From UHGV virus genome UHGV-1364324: DNA of 59,639 nt. One strand, 5' to 3'. Below the pieces are notes generated by a model that saw nothing but the letters and a program-made list of their open reading frames with translations, had not been told where the DNA came from and ran no database searches. The stretch is from a virus. The translations under genes and the position numbers were made by a program. How positions within the stretch are numbered: position 1 is the first letter of the stretch; every line of letters starts with the position of its first letter. This document shows positions 9,458 through 17,403 of this stretch, in pieces.

Positions 9458-10143
9458 AAGTCGTCTGGTCGCTCTTTGATGGTTCCGGGATTATGGGTTT
9501 ACCGTGGGCTGAGGCTGGTTATCAGGTTTACTGCTTTAATGCGGATAAGGGTAATCACGGGGAATATAAAGTAAAAATGCATCACCCGAACCTTCATTAT
9601 ATTGACCAGTGGATTGACCCACAGTTTGCAATAAAACGGGAAATATTGGGAACTCCTTTACCCTCTATTGTTTTTGGTTTTCCTGATTGCACGCTGTTTG
9701 CACAGAGTGGGTCGCAACATGAAAGGTCACGGGGATCGCTGCAATATGCGTTAACACTGGCAAAACTAATCCGTGAACTGGGCGAACGATATAACGTACC
9801 GTGGATGATCGAAAACCCGGTAGGCGCATTATCCTGTCCTGATATGATGGGTAAACCTCACGCATATTTTCATCCGTGGGAATACGGAGGTCACATGACT
9901 GCTGATGACCGACCATTTCACCCAAAAATGCCGATGTTTGATGGGTATACAAAGAAAACCTGTCTGTGGTTCGGCAATGGCTTTAAGATGCCTGAAAAGT
10001 GTCCGGGGCCGATTAACATTGGTTTCTTCTGGGGCTGGAAGTATCTCGGTGGTAAGTCTGAAACGACTAAACAGTTACGATCATTAACGCCGCGTGGTTT
10101 TGCTCGTGCGGTATTCAAGGCTAACCATCATGACCCATCTTGA
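9454..10143 (+). CDS. DNA (cytosine-5)-methyltransferase-like protein, compact and non-canonical
   Basis: Motif I LFDGSGIMG, motif IV-like GFPDC (PDC instead of PC), motif VI ENP (ENV-like), C-terminal ARAV; only 229 aa. Confidence 0.5.
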   Translation: MKVVWSLFDGSGIMGLPWAEAGYQVYCFNADKGNHGEYKVKMHHPNLHYIDQWIDPQFAIKREILGTPLPSIVFGFPDCTLFAQSGSQHERSRGSLQYALTLAKLIRELGERYNVPWMIENPVGALSCPDMMGKPHAYFHPWEYGGHMTADDRPFHPKMPMFDGYTKKTCLWFGNGFKMPEKCPGPINIGFFWGWKYLGGKSETTKQLRSLTPRGFARAVFKANHHDPS

Positions 10144-10327
10144 AAAACTACGGTCGTTAATGGGGTATTACCAATCTGGTAGCGATCAGATAATCAGTCT
10201 TGCCCAGGATCCCCACACGGGGCTTTACTGGGTCAGTTGTAAACGTGCCTGGTATGAATGCGGAACAACACTTGAAGCCGCAATTGATACTGCCTATGAA
10301 AAACATGGGGTGCCTTCTTATGAGTGA
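10130..10327 (+). CDS. small hypothetical protein (65 aa)
   Basis: ATG at 10130 shortly before MTase-like stop. Confidence 0.35.
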   Translation: MTHLEKLRSLMGYYQSGSDQIISLAQDPHTGLYWVSCKRAWYECGTTLEAAIDTAYEKHGVPSYE

Positions 10328-10336
10328 GGAAAAACT

Positions 10337-10732
10337 ATGATAGTCGTGGTCACTGGTGGTCGTGATTATAACGATCAGGCCGCTATCTTTGGTGCGTTAT
10401 CAGTATTACATGCCCAACACCCGATTACCGAACTGATCGAAGGTGAAGCATCTGGTGTTGATACCATTTGCCGTGAGTGGGCGCAACTGAATGCAATCCC
10501 TGTGCGCCGTTGTCCGGCTGATTGGGGTAACCTTGACGTACCGGGCGCGGTTATTAAGCAGGGTAAACACGGGCCTTATAACGCCGTTGCTGGTCATCAG
10601 CGCAATCAGTCTATGCTGGATAATGAACCACGTCCGACATACGGTGTTGTGTTCCCCGGTGGGCGCGGAACGGCTGACATGCATCGTCGCATGTTGAAAG
10701 CTGGTTTAACTGTGTGGGTGCCTTATGGTTGA
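10337..10732 (+). CDS. SLOG-superfamily protein (DUF2493/YspA-like)
   Basis: VVVTGGRDYND ... PADW ... FPGGRGTADM pattern typical of DUF2493 SLOG domains; overlaps next gene by 8 nt. Confidence 0.55.
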   Translation: MIVVVTGGRDYNDQAAIFGALSVLHAQHPITELIEGEASGVDTICREWAQLNAIPVRRCPADWGNLDVPGAVIKQGKHGPYNAVAGHQRNQSMLDNEPRPTYGVVFPGGRGTADMHRRMLKAGLTVWVPYG

Positions 10733-11153
10733 TAGTTTCAGTGGTGAATATCGCTGGCTAAGTAATTTTTGGCCTGTACCTGTCAACTATGATGGGTACG
10801 TTTTTAAAACGGTGGAACATGCTTACCAGGCGCTTAAATGCAAATATCATCATGAATTTCTGGAAGTGAAAAACTGTGACACACCTGGTCAGGCTAAACG
10901 TTTAGCACGTCAAAAAATAATGCGTGATGACTGGGACGAAGTTAAAATTTCAGTCATGTTTTATTTACTGCAGCAGAAATTTTCAGATCCTCATTTATGG
11001 TCATTACTCATCGCTACAGGTGATCAACCCATTGTTGAAGGTAATCAGTGGGGCGACACTTTCTGGGGCGTTTGTCGTGGTAAGGGTGAAAACCATTTAG
11101 GTAAAATGATTATGGCTATCCGGGCCGGACAACAACACTATGAAACTGTCTAA
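10725..11153 (+). CDS. NADAR family protein (YbiA-like N-glycosidase / ADP-ribose processing)
   Basis: WLSNFW ... EHAYQALK ... signature of NADAR (DUF1768). Confidence 0.65.
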   Translation: MVDSFSGEYRWLSNFWPVPVNYDGYVFKTVEHAYQALKCKYHHEFLEVKNCDTPGQAKRLARQKIMRDDWDEVKISVMFYLLQQKFSDPHLWSLLIATGDQPIVEGNQWGDTFWGVCRGKGENHLGKMIMAIRAGQQHYETV

Positions 11154-11568
11154 AAAACAGCGTCAGGAACTACGCATGAAGTTTGGCGGGTATTGTGCTT
11201 ATTGTGGTCAGTTGTTGCCGGAAAAAGGCTGGCACGCTGACCATGTTGAGGCTGTTTACCGTGTTCTTAAACAGGATATGAAAGCCGCTAAAAAAGGTTT
11301 ATGGAAACTTAAAGCAACCGGAAAACACTACCGGGAACAAAATGATACGCTTGAAAACTTATTCCCAGCTTGTGCACCTTGTAACCTGTTCAAAACGACG
11401 TTCACCCTTGAACAATTCCGTAAACAGATCGGTGAGCAAATTAGCCGCGCCAGGTCGTACAGCGTCAATTTCCGCACTGCTGAACGCTTCGGACTGGTTC
11501 AGGTAGTTGAACGCCCCGTGGTATTCTGGTTCGAGATCTACCCTTTCATAGTTCAAAATAATTCTTGA
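11140..11568 (+). CDS. HNH endonuclease
   Basis: CAYCG ... HADH ... N ... CAPCN. Confidence 0.75.
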   Translation: MKLSKKQRQELRMKFGGYCAYCGQLLPEKGWHADHVEAVYRVLKQDMKAAKKGLWKLKATGKHYREQNDTLENLFPACAPCNLFKTTFTLEQFRKQIGEQISRARSYSVNFRTAERFGLVQVVERPVVFWFEIYPFIVQNNS

Positions 11569-11593
11569 CACATTGCAAACCCTCCACCATAAT
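11554..11593 (+). promoter_or_regulatory. conserved-family promoter (UP + TTGACA, 17-bp spacer, CATAAT)
   Basis: CAAAATAATTCTTGACA at 11554..11570; -10 CATAAT at 11588..11593; drives 11628 gene. Confidence 0.55.
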
Positions 11594-11620
11594 CAGCCTC
11601 AGTTACTACACATGAGGCTG
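11593..11620 (+). promoter_or_regulatory. hairpin sequestering SD of ParB-like gene
   Basis: CAGCCTCA N10 TGAGGCTG; GAGG SD lies in the 3' arm; paralogous hairpin at 31851..31873. Confidence 0.4.
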
Positions 11621-11627
11621 AAAACCA

Positions 11628-12386
11628 ATGACCAACATCCATTCACTGCGCAAGCTGTCAGAAGCAGACAAAGAAAACGTAAAACGCGCTAACTCCTTCA
11701 TGATCGACCCGCGCATTATCCAGATCGAGCCGGGCTTTAACCCGCGTGGTATGTTCACGGAAAACTACTGGGAACAGCCTGATACTCTGGCGCATATCGA
11801 ACAGTTCGTTAAAGCATACCGCAACGGTGATTTCGTCCCGCCGATTGCCGTTAAAGTTATCAATGGTGTGCCGTATGTGCGTGACGGTGAGCACCGCTTA
11901 CGGGCGCTGCGTAAACTGATCGCTGAAGGCGTACCGTTCCAGCGTGTTGAAGTCGTTGAAGCGTCTGGTGATGAACTGGCGCAGGCTAAAACCAACTTTA
12001 ACGCTAACAATGGTCGCCAGTGGTCAGCCGTCGAACGTGCGGTTCATTACGGTCGCTTTAAATCCTACGGTATGACCGTTGAAGAAATCGCCCAAGAAGT
12101 CGGTAAAACTGTACAGCACGTTTACCAGTTGCTGACTATCCTTGAAATGCCGCTGGAACTCAAACGCCGGATCCAGGAAGGGTCGATCAGCGCATCAGCC
12201 GCTATCAACCTGTTTAAAAACCCGGACGTTGCTACAGTAAAACGTCCCCCGGCTAAACTGATTCGTTCGGCTGTTGAAGCCATCCGTGGTGAATGGTCGG
12301 TCACGCGGCAGGAAGGCGGTAAAGTCCTGGTTGAATTGACCGCTGAACAGTATGAAGCACTGAAGGCGCTGAAAGATCATGAATAA
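11628..12386 (+). CDS. ParB N-terminal domain (ParB/Srx-like) protein
   Basis: VRDGEHRLRALRKL ParB-box-like motif. Confidence 0.6.
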   Translation: MTNIHSLRKLSEADKENVKRANSFMIDPRIIQIEPGFNPRGMFTENYWEQPDTLAHIEQFVKAYRNGDFVPPIAVKVINGVPYVRDGEHRLRALRKLIAEGVPFQRVEVVEASGDELAQAKTNFNANNGRQWSAVERAVHYGRFKSYGMTVEEIAQEVGKTVQHVYQLLTILEMPLELKRRIQEGSISASAAINLFKNPDVATVKRPPAKLIRSAVEAIRGEWSVTRQEGGKVLVELTAEQYEALKALKDHE

Positions 12387-12495
12387 ATTCCCAGTAGGAT
12401 TCAGAACGGTGGAAGAACGCCGTTCATTTTTCAAAACAATTATCGGCGCGTTTTTATTTGGCGGGCTGATACTTCTGTTGAGGGCGGTATTATGA
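12379..12495 (+). CDS. possible small membrane peptide (38 aa)
   Basis: ATGAATAA overlap with previous stop; hydrophobic C-terminus; low confidence. Confidence 0.25.
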   Translation: MNKFPVGFRTVEERRSFFKTIIGAFLFGGLILLLRAVL

Positions 12496-13304
12496 CCAGA
12501 GAAGAACTGCTGAACATCATTGAAACCGATCACGTTCAGTGTGGCGAGGCTGCTGCACTGGCCCGCATGGCGCTGGCAGCAATGGACAGCGAGCCGGTTT
12601 TCACTCTTGATGCGGCGCGTAAGTTGAAAGAGGGCAATTACCAGCTCTATCGCCACGCGCAGCCAGCGCCGGTAGTCTTTGATGCTATCGACACAAACTT
12701 GATTGACGCCCTTCGCCTGGTTCAGTGCATGCTGGATGACTATCGCGAGCGCAATTATGGTGACGCACAAGGTTGGATTAGACATATCAATACGCACATG
12801 AGCGACTACACTGAAGCGCATGGTGATGATGCCTACTCGGTTCTGCATAACTTAATTACAGCCTCCCCGCAGTCACCCGGCAGTGAACCCGCTACCGTGC
12901 CGGAGGAAATAACTTCGGCAATCGAAGGATTGAAACAGTCGCTGGTTGACTGCAACCGCTACAACTACTGCTTTGATGCAGTTACGCGTGTAGAAAATGC
13001 CTGCCGCGCCGCAATGCTCCAGGCTGGCAACTCTCCGGTAATTCAAGAAAGTTGCAGTGCTCAATTTGGAAATTTTCAGCATTACTGGCATTCAAAGGGT
13101 TACGTGATGGTGCCGAAGGAACCGACAGAGGCCATGTGTGACATCCGTCATATCGGTGTCGATGTCTATTGCGGAATAACTGACGACAATGAGTATTACT
13201 CGATAGGTGGCGCTGATGCTGCAAAAGTCTGGAAAGCCATGCTCGCAGCTGCACCGCAGGCACCCGGCATTGAACCGTCCACCGTGCCGGAGGTTAAACC
13301 ATGA
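12492..13304 (+). CDS. hypothetical protein with internal PGxEPxTVPE repeat
   Basis: 270 aa; about 45-bp direct repeat at 12862..12905 and 13249..13295. Confidence 0.5.
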   Translation: MTREELLNIIETDHVQCGEAAALARMALAAMDSEPVFTLDAARKLKEGNYQLYRHAQPAPVVFDAIDTNLIDALRLVQCMLDDYRERNYGDAQGWIRHINTHMSDYTEAHGDDAYSVLHNLITASPQSPGSEPATVPEEITSAIEGLKQSLVDCNRYNYCFDAVTRVENACRAAMLQAGNSPVIQESCSAQFGNFQHYWHSKGYVMVPKEPTEAMCDIRHIGVDVYCGITDDNEYYSIGGADAAKVWKAMLAAAPQAPGIEPSTVPEVKP

Positions 13305-13468
13305 GGTTGACATTTTCATATTCTGGTGGCAAAGCGTCACGTATTGCCCTTTACATGTTGGTTGGCGGTATTGTTTTTAAATACTCACCAACACCGGGCA
13401 TATTTCTTTTTTGGGCTTTCGCACTCGGAATGATTTTTGGGCTAACAGTTCGCCGTCAAAATGATTGA
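13301..13468 (+). CDS. small membrane protein (55 aa)
   Basis: ATGA overlap; two hydrophobic segments. Confidence 0.35.
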   Translation: MRLTFSYSGGKASRIALYMLVGGIVFKYSPTPGIFLFWAFALGMIFGLTVRRQND

Positions 13469-13509
13469 AGTGATGGTGCTGCTCGCAACTACCCCACAGG
13501 AGGCTGACC

Positions 13510-13668
13510 ATGTTAGAAAATAACCCCAACTACGGCACAATCCAGTGTAAGTCTAAATTTATACGGCTTACAGCAGATGAAGAAAAAGCCTGCAAAGGTC
13601 GCAATAGTTTCCCCAGTGTTAATGAAAACAAGTGGGTTAACAAATTTATTAAGGACGGTAAGAAATGA
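13510..13668 (+). CDS. small hypothetical protein (52 aa)
   Basis: GGAGG RBS; ATGA overlap with next. Confidence 0.3.
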   Translation: MLENNPNYGTIQCKSKFIRLTADEEKACKGRNSFPSVNENKWVNKFIKDGKK

Positions 13669-13832
13669 TCCAGTGGTATTTCTCAAAAGAATGTTTCTGG
13701 TTGCGAATTTTTGGTTATGGGTTTTGCGCAAACGATCGTTCTTCATATACACCGTTCTCAGTACGTAGCGGACATGTAAAAGAGTTACGCATTGGTAAAT
13801 GGGGCTTTAAATTTCTAAGGAGTAAGAAATGA
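13665..13832 (+). CDS. small hypothetical protein (55 aa)
   Basis: ATGA overlaps at both ends link it into the gene chain; alternative to track ORF 13577..13768. Confidence 0.3.
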   Translation: MIQWYFSKECFWLRIFGYGFCANDRSSYTPFSVRSGHVKELRIGKWGFKFLRSKK

Positions 13833-14050
13833 AATATGAAAAACTCGATCAGCTGATTTTAAATAAAATCGGTGGTCACCCCGTGCCGTTTCATAAAATC
13901 TATATTCGTGACGTTGTGGAAGAATCCGAACGGTTAGCAAAAGAGTTAAACAAAACTTACCCGTTCCGTTTTGTTGATACGCGATTACAGTTTCTTCGTA
14001 AAAAAGGCATTATTAAAAATATTACCGGTAAAGGCTGGGTGAAATTATGA
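13829..14050 (+). CDS. hypothetical protein, possible winged-helix DNA-binding
   Basis: 73 aa; basic C-terminal helix. Confidence 0.4.
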   Translation: MKYEKLDQLILNKIGGHPVPFHKIYIRDVVEESERLAKELNKTYPFRFVDTRLQFLRKKGIIKNITGKGWVKL

Positions 14051-14340
14051 AATGGATCTCGTGGTTTCAACCGACTGAAGATTATCGGCCTGTAAATTAC
14101 CCACCGACTGAGAAAATTTTAGCGTGGTGGTGTACTGGTCATAGTGAAAACGGCGCAACACTTGTTGCTTTGGTTGATGTAGATGATCAGGAACAGGCAG
14201 AACACCACGTTAAACTGAACTGGCCTGAAGCGGAAAACTGGCGTTTCTGTGAAGATAAAGAAACTAAAGTTTTTGGTAGTCGTTTCCCGGTTGAGGACTG
14301 GATGATCGAACGTGGTTGTTCTAACCGGGAGGTACGTTAA
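14047..14340 (+). CDS. hypothetical protein
   Basis: 97 aa; ATGA coupling. Confidence 0.45.
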   Translation: MKWISWFQPTEDYRPVNYPPTEKILAWWCTGHSENGATLVALVDVDDQEQAEHHVKLNWPEAENWRFCEDKETKVFGSRFPVEDWMIERGCSNREVR

Positions 14341-14558
14341 TGAAACTGACTGTTGCGCAAAAATTCTGGTTAAATGAATTATGGAAAGCGTATACGTTTA
14401 ACCCTAGCAAAGTATTATCTGTTGTTTATGATAAACCACCTGCTACCGTAATGAAGGCGCTGGAAAGAAAAGGTTTATGTCAGAACGTAATGGATACTTT
14501 CTGGAAAATCACAAATGAAGGTCGGGAACAATTTAACCAAATATTGAAAGAGGAATAA
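14340..14558 (+). CDS. hypothetical protein
   Basis: 72 aa; TAATG coupling. Confidence 0.45.
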   Translation: MKLTVAQKFWLNELWKAYTFNPSKVLSVVYDKPPATVMKALERKGLCQNVMDTFWKITNEGREQFNQILKEE

Positions 14559-14563
14559 CGCTG

Positions 14564-14815
14564 ATGACCGTATTTGAAATGGAAGGTTTCCTTCGTGGTA
14601 AATGTGTGCCCGGCGATCTGAAAGTTAATGAATCAAATGCTGAATACCTGGTACGCAAATTATCACGGGTGGATCAACAACTTGAATCGCTTGATAAACT
14701 GGCTGGTCTGTTCCTGCAACTATCCACTGAACGTGGTGGGCGCGTGGCAACGGCTTACGCTGAATGCGCCGATCTACTGGCTAAAACTGTTCGTGATATA
14801 AGGAAAAACAAATGA
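14564..14815 (+). CDS. hypothetical protein
   Basis: 83 aa. Confidence 0.45.
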   Translation: MTVFEMEGFLRGKCVPGDLKVNESNAEYLVRKLSRVDQQLESLDKLAGLFLQLSTERGGRVATAYAECADLLAKTVRDIRKNK

Positions 14816-14985
14816 ACGAAATCGAAAAACTGGTGAAACGTTTACGGGCAGCAGGTCATAAACTGACTGTTAAAAATACATGGGGGATAATTGTCACTCC
14901 TCCGTGTTCGATAGACGATACACTTTTGATTCAGAAACTGAATAAGGGTGAAAAACTGGCTGACTATATTAAGGAACATCCGTGA
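14812..14985 (+). CDS. small hypothetical protein (57 aa)
   Basis: ATGA overlap with previous stop. Confidence 0.35.
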   Translation: MNEIEKLVKRLRAAGHKLTVKNTWGIIVTPPCSIDDTLLIQKLNKGEKLADYIKEHP

Positions 14986-15215
14986 TGAAAATTAAAAATA
15001 TGGCTGCGTCTGGCCTGTCAGGTCGTATCTTTTACGGTACGATGGAAACCAGTAATGGTGGTCAGTCCGGGCGCTGGTTAGCAGGAAAACAGGACGTTAC
15101 TGATATGGCGATCAAAGCCGTTGCTGAACACTGCTATCAGACGGGTAACAGTTACAGTTGCCAACTTGTTACTGGGGAGACTCTTACACTATCAGTGGAG
15201 GTGAGCAGACCATGA
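14985..15215 (+). CDS. hypothetical protein
   Basis: 76 aa. Confidence 0.4.
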   Translation: MKIKNMAASGLSGRIFYGTMETSNGGQSGRWLAGKQDVTDMAIKAVAEHCYQTGNSYSCQLVTGETLTLSVEVSRP

Positions 15216-15352
15216 AAATTAAACTGCCCGGTTGGTGGGTTTCTGTAAGCTGGCAACCTGCTAAACGCTGGGGTTACTTTTACTTCTGGCACGATCAACC
15301 GCTTCGCGCATTCTGGATCGGTCATGTCGCAATCGAATGGTGGTGGCGATGA
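15212..15352 (+). CDS. small Trp-rich protein (46 aa)
   Basis: MKIKLPGWWVSVSWQ...; ATGA overlap. Confidence 0.35.
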   Translation: MKIKLPGWWVSVSWQPAKRWGYFYFWHDQPLRAFWIGHVAIEWWWR

Positions 15353-15675
15353 GTCTATTTCAATGTGAACATTGTGGGTGTGTTGAAAATACTGCTTTAT
15401 CTTCTCAAGGTTTCAACGGGTTCTTTGAGCGCTTGTACAACTGGTCATATGCACCAGAAAGAAAAGGTAAACGGTTGTGTTCCGCGTGTGGGCCTGTTAA
15501 ATATCGTGATGGTAATCCGACACCATATGGTAAATGGCATAACGTATTTGCTCGCCAGTATTTACCGTTAGGTAAGTTTAAAACAAACAGTCAGGGTAAT
15601 CTGCAACATATTGAAACAGGTGATATAGATTATCAAAATTATCTTGTACCGCCGTCTGAGGTGAGCAAACAATGA
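15349..15675 (+). CDS. zinc-ribbon protein
   Basis: CEHCGC ... CSAC. Confidence 0.45.
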   Translation: MSLFQCEHCGCVENTALSSQGFNGFFERLYNWSYAPERKGKRLCSACGPVKYRDGNPTPYGKWHNVFARQYLPLGKFKTNSQGNLQHIETGDIDYQNYLVPPSEVSKQ

Positions 15676-15986
15676 AACGATTACTTCTGATCTCTCTGCT
15701 GGCAACCGCTGCAGTAAACGGTGCGGAGTTAAAACGCTGTGACCTGACAATCACCCGGCTGAACTCAACGGACAGCATTACACGGCCTGGTGGCGCAACT
15801 GTGGTTGATGATGTGGATCGGTTCGTGGTGATGACCAGCGACCTGACAAGCTGGAGCCTGAAACTTAACCGCTACGGGTTCGGCAAGTCGAAAGACGGTA
15901 AACGGATGTTCGTAAAAGACAACGGCAACTACACCGCGAAAGAAACGCTGATCACCTTATCTGCAACAAACTGTCATCCCTTCTGA
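15672..15986 (+). CDS. secreted protein with signal peptide
   Basis: MKRLLLISLLATAAVNGA / ELK signal-peptidase-I-like site. Confidence 0.5.
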   Translation: MKRLLLISLLATAAVNGAELKRCDLTITRLNSTDSITRPGGATVVDDVDRFVVMTSDLTSWSLKLNRYGFGKSKDGKRMFVKDNGNYTAKETLITLSATNCHPF

Positions 15987-15993
15987 ACTGCTG

Positions 15994-16012
15994 GCGGGGC
16001 GCTCAACCCCGC
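15994..16012. terminator. hairpin between convergent genes (weak, no U-run)
   Basis: GCGGGG cgctcaa CCCCGC. Confidence 0.3.
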
Positions 16013-16938
16013 TGCATATCCGTGTAAAACTGCATAATCACATCGTCCGGGAACGCGTTAAAATCACACTGCGGGTTCATCATCATGGCGAACGGTCGAA
16101 CGTATTCGCGGATCTCCGGCGTTACCGTAGCCTGTGTGGTCATCGCGTTAAACAGCGTACCTGTCCCTTCATAACGCTCTGTCAGCGTCACCATTACATC
16201 AAGCACATCAGAAGGCCATTCCCGCCCGATATGATTGTGTAGCCAGTTTTCCGTAATGTTGTACCCGGTGGTGTTCCGGCGCAGAGTGTACAGCGCGTTA
16301 TTGAAGTTGCCGCACAGCGTTTCAAACCGTTTCCAGACGTCGAAGCCATAGCGGATCACTACATCCTTTTGACTCATTACCCGTGGTGTTGCGTCCGGTT
16401 CTGCCTGTGGTAAACCGTCGCGGATCACGCCGTCCATATAGTTCAGAACATCAGGATACCAGCCGCTGTCGATCCGGTTCAATACCCATGACTCAGTGAC
16501 CCGGCGATTCAGCCCGGCGTTACGCAGCACGTCAACCGCCTTAAATGTCCCGCCACACTGATCCCTGAACCGTTCCCAGACGTCATAGCCGTAGATCACC
16601 TGTTCAACTTCCTTATCCACCATCCGCAACTGCTGAAAATAATTATCGCTGAACCGACGATGAGGCAACGCCGCACGCAGGGTATCAACGCTGACGCTTC
16701 TGTTCAGTACGTGCGGCTGCGTTGGCGGTTGCGTGGTGATGACCACAGGGTTCAGATCCAGTTCCCCGCCCGTTACCGTACTGAGGATTAGATTTAATGT
16801 TTCTGCCCGTGGTAGCCGTTTTCCTGTCATCCATTCAGTAAAACGACCCTTGTTTACGTTGCAACCCATCATGTTCAGATAATTTACAGCGTTGTCTGCT
16901 GAACCAAAGTGACGAGCAAACTTATCGAATAAATTCAT
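16003..16938 (-). CDS. HTH (XRE-like) protein with two tandem about 60-aa C-terminal repeats; candidate regulator binding adjacent iterons
   Basis: N-terminal HTH-like segment; duplicated YG(Y/F)DVW(E/K)RF... domains; divergent from iteron region. Confidence 0.5.
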   Translation of the reverse strand: MNLFDKFARHFGSADNAVNYLNMMGCNVNKGRFTEWMTGKRLPRAETLNLILSTVTGGELDLNPVVITTQPPTQPHVLNRSVSVDTLRAALPHRRFSDNYFQQLRMVDKEVEQVIYGYDVWERFRDQCGGTFKAVDVLRNAGLNRRVTESWVLNRIDSGWYPDVLNYMDGVIRDGLPQAEPDATPRVMSQKDVVIRYGFDVWKRFETLCGNFNNALYTLRRNTTGYNITENWLHNHIGREWPSDVLDVMVTLTERYEGTGTLFNAMTTQATVTPEIREYVRPFAMMMNPQCDFNAFPDDVIMQFYTDMQRG

Positions 16939-17027
16939 TGTTGTTACACCTTACCAGATGTGATTAGGTCAAGTTTACGCCTTATATGAAACAAGTACAA
17001 CTCTTATATGCAACAGGATCAAAGTTG

Positions 17028-17260
17028 GCCTTGTTACAACTGGTAGGATGAAAGAGAAACCTTGTTACATCTGGTAAGCTGAAACATAGATTGCTAAAGT
17101 TCTATGTAAACCATCCAAGCACATCTGGTAAGCTGAAACTAAAAATCCTTATATATTAGTTATTTATCTTTTTATAGTATAGATAGTATAGATAGTATAG
17201 ATATATAAGAAATTATAAAGTAGGTATAGTTAGGCTAGTTAAACTGGTAAGCTGAAACAA
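17028..17260. repeat. iteron array: 4-5 copies of CTGGTA(A/G)G(C/A)TGAAA(C/G), plus CCTTGTTACA repeat
   Basis: Copies at 17040, 17071, 17125, 17244 and degenerate 17383; paralogous region at 34330..34560. Confidence 0.7.
17170..17225. repeat. AT-rich tract with (TAGTATAGA)x3 tandem repeat and ATATAAGAAATTATAAAGTAGGTA box
   Basis: Near-identical about 45-bp box at 34493..34535. Confidence 0.7.
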
Positions 17261-17403
17261 GGTAAACTAGGAGGGATTAAAAAGTTATAGGAAAATACCA
17301 TACTATCTATGATTTTCAATGTTATCAACGACTTAAAGTATGTTGTAGACAATCCGTGATAAATTGTGCAAAATTAACCAAAATGGTAAGAGGAAACTAG
17401 CTT

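Noticed and set aside
12195-12848. 217-aa minus-strand ORF
   Set aside because: Overlaps two rightward genes (ParB-like and 12492..13304) almost entirely; no promoter or RBS context.
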